A stretch of DNA of 64,000 nt from an uncultured virus (IMG/VR IMGVR_UViG_3300017593_000761) (taxonomy: Duplodnaviria > Heunggongvirae > Uroviricota > Caudoviricetes), in the IMG/VR virus record IMGVR_UViG_3300017593_000761. One strand, written 5' to 3'. Positions 58,606 to 64,000 of the stretch are shown here, one piece after another. The position numbers and the translations under genes were made by a program. Below the pieces are notes generated by a model. The model worked only from the letters and a program-made list of their open reading frames with translations. It had not been told where the DNA came from and did not search any database. How positions within the stretch are numbered: the first letter of the stretch is position 1; every line of letters starts with the position of its first letter.

Positions 58606-59186
58606 ACCTCCTCTATTTTATCTATAAGACCCCAATCCTTTGCTTCTTGCGGGGACATCCACTTCTCCTTCAACCTTATTGTTTCTCTCACTTCCTCCTC
58701 TGTCTTGCCACAACGATTGGCTAATATCTTCACTATTTCATTCGTGATTCTGTTCATCTCGGTAACTTCAGTTTCAAGCTGAGAAGTGGATTCGTTGTGG
58801 AAATACACCCAACGTTTGGGTTCGTGTAGCAAGAATGTAGCATGAGGACGAGCTATACGAATATCACCAGCCTGAAGAATAATCATGGCAGCTGCACTCG
58901 CTGCGAGACCCTCAACTATTACACGCACTTTTATACCAGATTTTGATATCTCTCGTAATGCATCATAAAGAGCAAACGAACCGTGAACTTCTCCACCCTC
59001 AGAACACAGCTTCACTGTGAGAGTATCTCCTTTCTTTAATTTACGTTTAACCTCACTCAGCAACAACAGATACTCCTTTGTTTTGAATTCATCAACCTCT
59101 CCGCTGATATGGATTATACCATCTTCTAATTCCCGACTCACTATTATGTCCTCTAAACACGTGAAATAATGCTCTTTAACTTCCAT
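58602..59186 (-). CDS. clpP: ClpP-like protease
   Basis: SEGGEV, GLAASAA, LLHEP, WMSPQEAKDWGLIDKI. Confidence 0.88.
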   Translation of the reverse strand: MEVKEHYFTCLEDIIVSRELEDGIIHISGEVDEFKTKEYLLLLSEVKRKLKKGDTLTVKLCSEGGEVHGSFALYDALREISKSGIKVRVIVEGLAASAAAMIILQAGDIRIARPHATFLLHEPKRWVYFHNESTSQLETEVTEMNRITNEIVKILANRCGKTEEEVRETIRLKEKWMSPQEAKDWGLIDKIEEV

Positions 59187-59559
59187 TTTGGATTTCCTCG
59201 TGAGTAACCAATAAAATGTAAGGTTTAGATGTTCTATTCTTCAAGTCGTTAATAGCCGAGTATATATCTGGATATAGTCTTCTTGTGCTACTCTTCTCCA
59301 TGCCTATACAGGTTCTATCTGCCTTCACTATGATTCGTGGATAATACACGGGACCCTCAATCCAGGCAAAACACCAGTGCTCTTTTTCCTCCACTAAGCA
59401 CTTGTATTCTATGCCTTCTATTACGGAACATGTATCACGTCTGTGATGAAGGACTATCTTGCCATTGGGAAGTCTCGCTACGTCGTTGCCCTTGTTATCC
59501 TTGTGAAACACAAGAACCATTTCCTTCTTCTCTCCTTCTTCCATATTAAACCTCCTCAA
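59176..59559 (-). CDS. Hypothetical protein
   Basis: GAGGAGG RBS. Confidence 0.65.
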   Translation of the reverse strand: MRRFNMEEGEKKEMVLVFHKDNKGNDVARLPNGKIVLHHRRDTCSVIEGIEYKCLVEEKEHWCFAWIEGPVYYPRIIVKADRTCIGMEKSSTRRLYPDIYSAINDLKNRTSKPYILLVTHEEIQNGS

Positions 59560-59571
59560 TAAATATTAGAA

Positions 59572-60207
59572 TTATATCTCTTGGACTTCACCATCTGGAT
59601 TGACCATCATCAGCTTCGCAGACCTCTTCCTCGTATCGTATTCTGTCCAGCCGAGAAGAGCTGGTGGGAGAGACCTCTCTATTGCGTATTGCAGTCCCCT
59701 TGCCAACGAACCAGTCCTCAAGAGAGTCACTCGTTTATCTCCACGCAAGACGTCGAGCTTAGCAAGGATGTGATTGTGTCCCAACGCTATAACATCCGCG
59801 TCAATGAACTGAAGGAGTTTCCTGTGTTCACTCCAGATGTCCATTGCTGTGCTTCTGCCATGCGCAAAATAGAACTTAACACCATCCACTGTTATCTCAT
59901 GTGAAGGTTTACCCAAGTATTCCTCATAGACATTGAGACCCACCTGATTGAATATCCTGTATTCGTGATTACCCAAGCAATAAGCTATGACGTTCAATTC
60001 CCTCGTTATAGTTCTTACCCAGCGCAATTGAGCCTGTGGCTGTATCTCATTCTCGAATTGCATACCATTGGAGAGTCCACAATCTATCAAGTCACCCATG
60101 AGAATTACCTTAGCCCCTCGCCAGTGAGTCTTGGCTATCTCCTCTATGGTCTCTGGAGAAAGCTCTCCCTGACCTATATGCCAATCCCCATTTAATACCA
60201 CTCTCAT
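59572..60207 (-). CDS. Calcineurin-like metallophosphoesterase
   Basis: GDWHIG, GDLID, GNHE, AHG, GHNH. Confidence 0.88.
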   Translation of the reverse strand: MRVVLNGDWHIGQGELSPETIEEIAKTHWRGAKVILMGDLIDCGLSNGMQFENEIQPQAQLRWVRTITRELNVIAYCLGNHEYRIFNQVGLNVYEEYLGKPSHEITVDGVKFYFAHGRSTAMDIWSEHRKLLQFIDADVIALGHNHILAKLDVLRGDKRVTLLRTGSLARGLQYAIERSLPPALLGWTEYDTRKRSAKLMMVNPDGEVQEI

Positions 60208-62231
60208 ATTCCGCCTCCAAATCTATTCAAGTTGGTTTGGGAAAGAATGTCCTCTATTTCTTTTAGAGGAGTATAAAACCATTTATTAAGGATAGTTCTA
60301 TAATCAATTTCAGGAAGTTCATCAATTATATCCTCATGAATAGCCAAATAGCCAATAGAATTATTCTTAGTTGGGACAATAGGAAGCTTCTCGCCTGCAT
60401 AATACGGTATGCGATACAATCGCAGTCTGTTCTTTGCGGCTTTGAGATGAGACGTCTGCACTTTGGGTGAGGTTGAAGAGAGGCGTATCCATTCGGCTAT
60501 ATCCATCACATTCTGCTTCTTTATTTCCTCTTGCACTTGAGACTTCAAAGCACGTAATTCCTCCCATTTGCTCTTGAGTATATACTCGTATGCCAACATA
60601 AGTGCATTCCTGATATACATGGGACATGACGTTTTATTCACCACCGTCCCAGTTATCTTCAACTTGCCGTCTTTTGTGATGCCAAAATAGTTCTTCTTCT
60701 TATCGTAAAGAAACAAGACATCAAACTCTTTATCTATATCGAGATTGAATTCCTCGCCCCATGTCTTATGCAATTCCTCATTCAGCTCATTCATTATTTT
60801 CACAGGCTCTGGGTGGACTATCATCATTGCATCAGTATCTCCCGCTAATATGGGAATGCCTCGTTCTTCTACACGTTTCCAGATATATGTCAGGAGGGCT
60901 CGCTCATGTGAAGTTACCTCAGCTGCCAGCTTCCTGTTATAAAATCGTGATTTTGAATACCCGAGTATCCCTATACAGGCATTAAGTAGGAATTTATATG
61001 AGGTATTCCATATCTGACTTTGAGTGTCTCCTCTTTTCTTGTATAGCTTCTTGTATTCGAGCCTTCTCTCAAACAATTCCCGAATGGTCTCTGTGAGTAT
61101 GCCTGGATTCCTGATATCCCTATCGGGCGAGATATTGAAGTGCATAACAATAGATGGGTAGAGTGACGTAAAATCTAACACCGTGACGCCCCGATGCAGA
61201 CCCTTCTGTGGTTCTCTAACTAGTGCACCTTTATACTTTTTATGCTTCACTCTTCCCTTATTAGGCAATACATATTTGTTGTGGTATCGCCTCAAGAGAT
61301 ACGCCTCGATGATACTGCTCCTATTCATAATGTCTATGGTATTAAGAGGCACAAGATTCTGAAATGAGAAGACCAACTGTGAGAGTTTCAACTTCTCGTC
61401 TATTTCCTTAGTGAGGGTTACATCTTCTATACAATGAAGGAGCTCTGGTAGAGATGGGTCTTTCCTCCTTCCGAGCACAAGATAAGCAACGTGGTCAAGG
61501 AAATATCGTCCTCCTCGCTCTCCAAATTCTCGATACGCTCTCATCAGGTCTAATGGCTGACTTTCTCCTATCGTATATTCATCATGGTATTTCCTAAATA
61601 CGCTCTTGTCTCTGGCACGATTGAACATGTAGGTTAAATCGAAATTACTTGAGTTCCACCCAATAATCACATCGAAATCCAGCGTCTTACAGAACGAGAA
61701 GAAGGACTTCAATAACTGTTGGTCATCATCAAATACAAAAGCCTTAACGCCGTCTATTGCATAATCTCGTAATACGAAAGGATAATGTCGCTGAGTGAAG
61801 CTATCATAAGCATCAATCACGGTGATGGGAAGGGGAGCATTCTCAGTGTCGAGAGAACCATTTCCTCGCTCCACTTCGATATCAAAATAAAGTATCCTCC
61901 TGTTTAATCCAAACGTTAAATTAGAGTCTATCAAGTAGCGAGTCAAATAAGGAATGTCAGACTCCATACTAAAACTGACATTTCGTTTTCCTGTCTCAAG
62001 GTCTTTTATTGAATTGAATGAAATCTTATCAAGAGGCTTGTTGTCATAAGAAACGTATCCCTTCTCCCGTGCAACGTGAGGAAATGAAACCTTTTCTTCT
62101 GGTCTCACATAGAAATAAGGATACTTTCCGTTTCGCACTGAGTAGGTTACCTGAGAACCCTCCCGAAACTTCAATTTAACGGAAGGTCTTGAATTCCGTG
62201 AACCAATTAGAGAAGCATTCACAAGTTCCAT
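60204..62231 (-). CDS. polB: Family B DNA polymerase
   Basis: FDIE, GWNSSNFD, DFTSLYPS, K..LNA..G, GDTD, KKNY. Confidence 0.92.
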   Translation of the reverse strand: MELVNASLIGSRNSRPSVKLKFREGSQVTYSVRNGKYPYFYVRPEEKVSFPHVAREKGYVSYDNKPLDKISFNSIKDLETGKRNVSFSMESDIPYLTRYLIDSNLTFGLNRRILYFDIEVERGNGSLDTENAPLPITVIDAYDSFTQRHYPFVLRDYAIDGVKAFVFDDDQQLLKSFFSFCKTLDFDVIIGWNSSNFDLTYMFNRARDKSVFRKYHDEYTIGESQPLDLMRAYREFGERGGRYFLDHVAYLVLGRRKDPSLPELLHCIEDVTLTKEIDEKLKLSQLVFSFQNLVPLNTIDIMNRSSIIEAYLLRRYHNKYVLPNKGRVKHKKYKGALVREPQKGLHRGVTVLDFTSLYPSIVMHFNISPDRDIRNPGILTETIRELFERRLEYKKLYKKRGDTQSQIWNTSYKFLLNACIGILGYSKSRFYNRKLAAEVTSHERALLTYIWKRVEERGIPILAGDTDAMMIVHPEPVKIMNELNEELHKTWGEEFNLDIDKEFDVLFLYDKKKNYFGITKDGKLKITGTVVNKTSCPMYIRNALMLAYEYILKSKWEELRALKSQVQEEIKKQNVMDIAEWIRLSSTSPKVQTSHLKAAKNRLRLYRIPYYAGEKLPIVPTKNNSIGYLAIHEDIIDELPEIDYRTILNKWFYTPLKEIEDILSQTNLNRFGGGI

Positions 62232-62998
62232 TCTAAATACTCCTCCAAACTTCTTTGATTCCTATCTCGTCCTAAAATTCTTTCTTGTGCTATTTCACAG
62301 TATTTTTCTGATATTTCAATGCCTATCCACTTACGGTTCAGCCGCTCACATGCCACTGCCGTTGTGCCAGACCCGAGAAAAGGATCCAATACCAGCATGT
62401 CTTCTGCTGTATGATTCTTGATAATTCGGGAGACTAAGTCCAGTGGCTTTTGGTTCTGATGTAACTGTTCAGCGCCAGAGACTCTTCTGAAGAACCAGAC
62501 ATCGGACAGCCTCTTATCAGACACGAACCGAGAGCGTCCTTTACTTCCATAAATGATCATCTCATACTGCTGCCCATACTGAGCTTCCAAATCCCCTGCC
62601 GTCCAGTTGTTCTTTACCCACACTATAATGTTCTTGATCTTGAATCTGGTCTTAACGTATCTTTTGAACACGTCTACGGTCTTCCACGAACAGAACGTGT
62701 ATATGGCAGCATTCTTCCGTAGAATCCGGAACGCCTCTCTCAGGAAGAACTTTATCAGGCTTGCATGCTTTATCGAATCGTTATATATTGGCGAACAGAA
62801 CTCATGTCCCCGGTCTTTACGATAATTGGTCTCGTAGCCTATCAGATAGGGAGGGTCAGCTATCACCAAATCTACACTTTGAGTCGGAATAATGTTCATT
62901 ACTTTCAGGGAGTTACCACAAAGCAGCACTCCGTTCTCTGTATGGAAGTAGTGATATTTGCTATCAATCAGTTTCTTTCTTAACTCTTCCCAATTCAT
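62219..62998 (-). CDS. DNA N6-adenine/N4-cytosine methyltransferase (beta class)
   Basis: DPPY, HQNQKP, LDPFLGSGTT. Confidence 0.9.
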   Translation of the reverse strand: MNWEELRKKLIDSKYHYFHTENGVLLCGNSLKVMNIIPTQSVDLVIADPPYLIGYETNYRKDRGHEFCSPIYNDSIKHASLIKFFLREAFRILRKNAAIYTFCSWKTVDVFKRYVKTRFKIKNIIVWVKNNWTAGDLEAQYGQQYEMIIYGSKGRSRFVSDKRLSDVWFFRRVSGAEQLHQNQKPLDLVSRIIKNHTAEDMLVLDPFLGSGTTAVACERLNRKWIGIEISEKYCEIAQERILGRDRNQRSLEEYLEWNL

Positions 62999-63711
62999 TT
63001 TAGGAAATTTATTAAGGTCTTTTGGTGTTTATCATATCCTAATACCCGCTTCTGGATTATCTCACAATAACGTTCCGAAATCTCAATACATATCCATCTG
63101 CGGTTATGCTTCTCGCATGCCACTGCGGTTACACCTGTGCCTGCAAACGGATCCAGTATTAATTCTTCTTCCTTAGGACTGCCACGAAGTAGTAATCTTT
63201 CCCAAAATTTGAGCGGTTTGGGACATGGATGCTCATAGGATTGGTTATCTAACCCTGTTGCCTCTATTATATCGCTTCTCGCTCCGAGTCCTTGAGTTAA
63301 GTAGGGGTCCTTACCATACGCGAGTATAGGTTGCCATTGAGCAAATCCCCACTTGCCTCTTGAGTTCGTCGTCTTATAGACCCAAGCAAGAATCCAATAA
63401 GGAGGTGGATAAAGAGAGATGTTAGTGAGACCACAGGTTAATAGCATGACTTTGCCTACTCGCACAGCTTGAGGCATGAATTTCTTAATAAGAGCCTTGA
63501 GGTTCTCTTTGATATCCTCATAATTATCGTATTGCTTTCCTAATGCGTAAGGAGGATCTGTCAAAATCAAATCTATACTTTTATCGGGGAGCATCTTCAT
63601 GATTTCAATACAGTCCCCGAGAAGCATAACTCCTCGATCGGTATGAAAATAATGATATTTGGAGTTAATCAACTCACAATACAATTTATACCAGTCGGTG
63701 TGTTCTGTCAT
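62995..63711 (-). CDS. DNA N6-adenine/N4-cytosine methyltransferase (beta class)
   Basis: TDPPY, HPCPKP, LDPFAGTG. Confidence 0.9.
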   Translation of the reverse strand: MTEHTDWYKLYCELINSKYHYFHTDRGVMLLGDCIEIMKMLPDKSIDLILTDPPYALGKQYDNYEDIKENLKALIKKFMPQAVRVGKVMLLTCGLTNISLYPPPYWILAWVYKTTNSRGKWGFAQWQPILAYGKDPYLTQGLGARSDIIEATGLDNQSYEHPCPKPLKFWERLLLRGSPKEEELILDPFAGTGVTAVACEKHNRRWICIEISERYCEIIQKRVLGYDKHQKTLINFLK

Positions 63712-63778
63712 TTAGAAACAACCGGAACAGAATAACATAGAAGTTTCCATTGAGCATCCTTCCCTGCGTTATTACATC

Positions 63779-63899
63779 AATTATTGCTCACTTGCACATA
63801 TTTGGCACAGAACAAAATATTTCATCTTGGACATAGTTTTATATAGGCTCTAATAGATAATTTGCATGACGCTTATATATGTGCATCTCATAGGAAATT
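63779..63899. repeat. Dispersed dyad element copy 7 (core 63793-63885, 93 bp)
   Basis: TGCACATATTTGG..AAAATATTT..ATAATTTGCATG..TATATGTGCATCTCATAGGAAAT. Confidence 0.88.
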
Positions 63900-64000
63900 T
63901 ACAATATTGCATTGAACATTTCAGACTCGTCTAATACGAATTCCATGAATAGACTTTAAAGCCTCTATTCGAGATTTCACCGTTTCTTCATCGTCTCCAA

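Larger units (their letters stand above)
1..64000. mobile_element. Tailed dsDNA virus genome segment (Caudoviricetes-like, probably archaeal host)
   Basis: Terminase, portal, HK97-type capsid, tail tube, tape measure, PolB, NrdD and Alba; dense overlapping genes; no cellular housekeeping operons. Confidence 0.93.

Noticed and set aside
55494..62231. Inteins in NrdD or PolB
   Set aside because: Both are compact with contiguous motifs and no intein blocks.
1..64000. tRNA/rRNA genes, integrase, att sites, transposase
   Set aside because: None recognised by eye; a tRNAscan/HMM run would be needed to exclude them formally, and the genome extends beyond the window.

Overview
This window is most of the genome of a tailed dsDNA virus (siphovirus-like). 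An archaeal host is likely, based on an Alba gene, a family-B polymerase and GGAGG/GGTGA-type RBSs. There are three blocks. (1) 1-15.7 kb, minus strand: small early/accessory genes, including tandem paralog arrays, a MoxR ATPase + VWA/peptidase pair and an amidoligase + class II glutamine amidotransferase pair. (2) 17.3-51.5 kb, plus strand, after a repeat-rich non-coding gap at 15.7-17.3 kb: morphogenesis genes. These are terminase, portal, two prohead protease + HK97-type capsid sets, head-tail genes, tail tube, a frameshifted chaperone, tape measure and DUF2341 adhesins. Interleaved with them are a DNA ligase, an intein-containing LigD-type phosphoesterase, a nucleotidyltransferase-protease fusion, Alba and a glycosylation/sulfur cluster. 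(3) 51.6-64 kb, minus strand: replication and nucleotide metabolism (dCTP deaminase, RNA ligase, NrdD/NrdG, ClpP, PolB, methyltransferases). The main unexplained signals are seven dispersed ~120-bp dyad-symmetric elements with a near-invariant 93-bp core, the duplicated capsid module, and a candidate virion-associated end-joining kit. All calls come from motif recognition by eye; no database searches were run.
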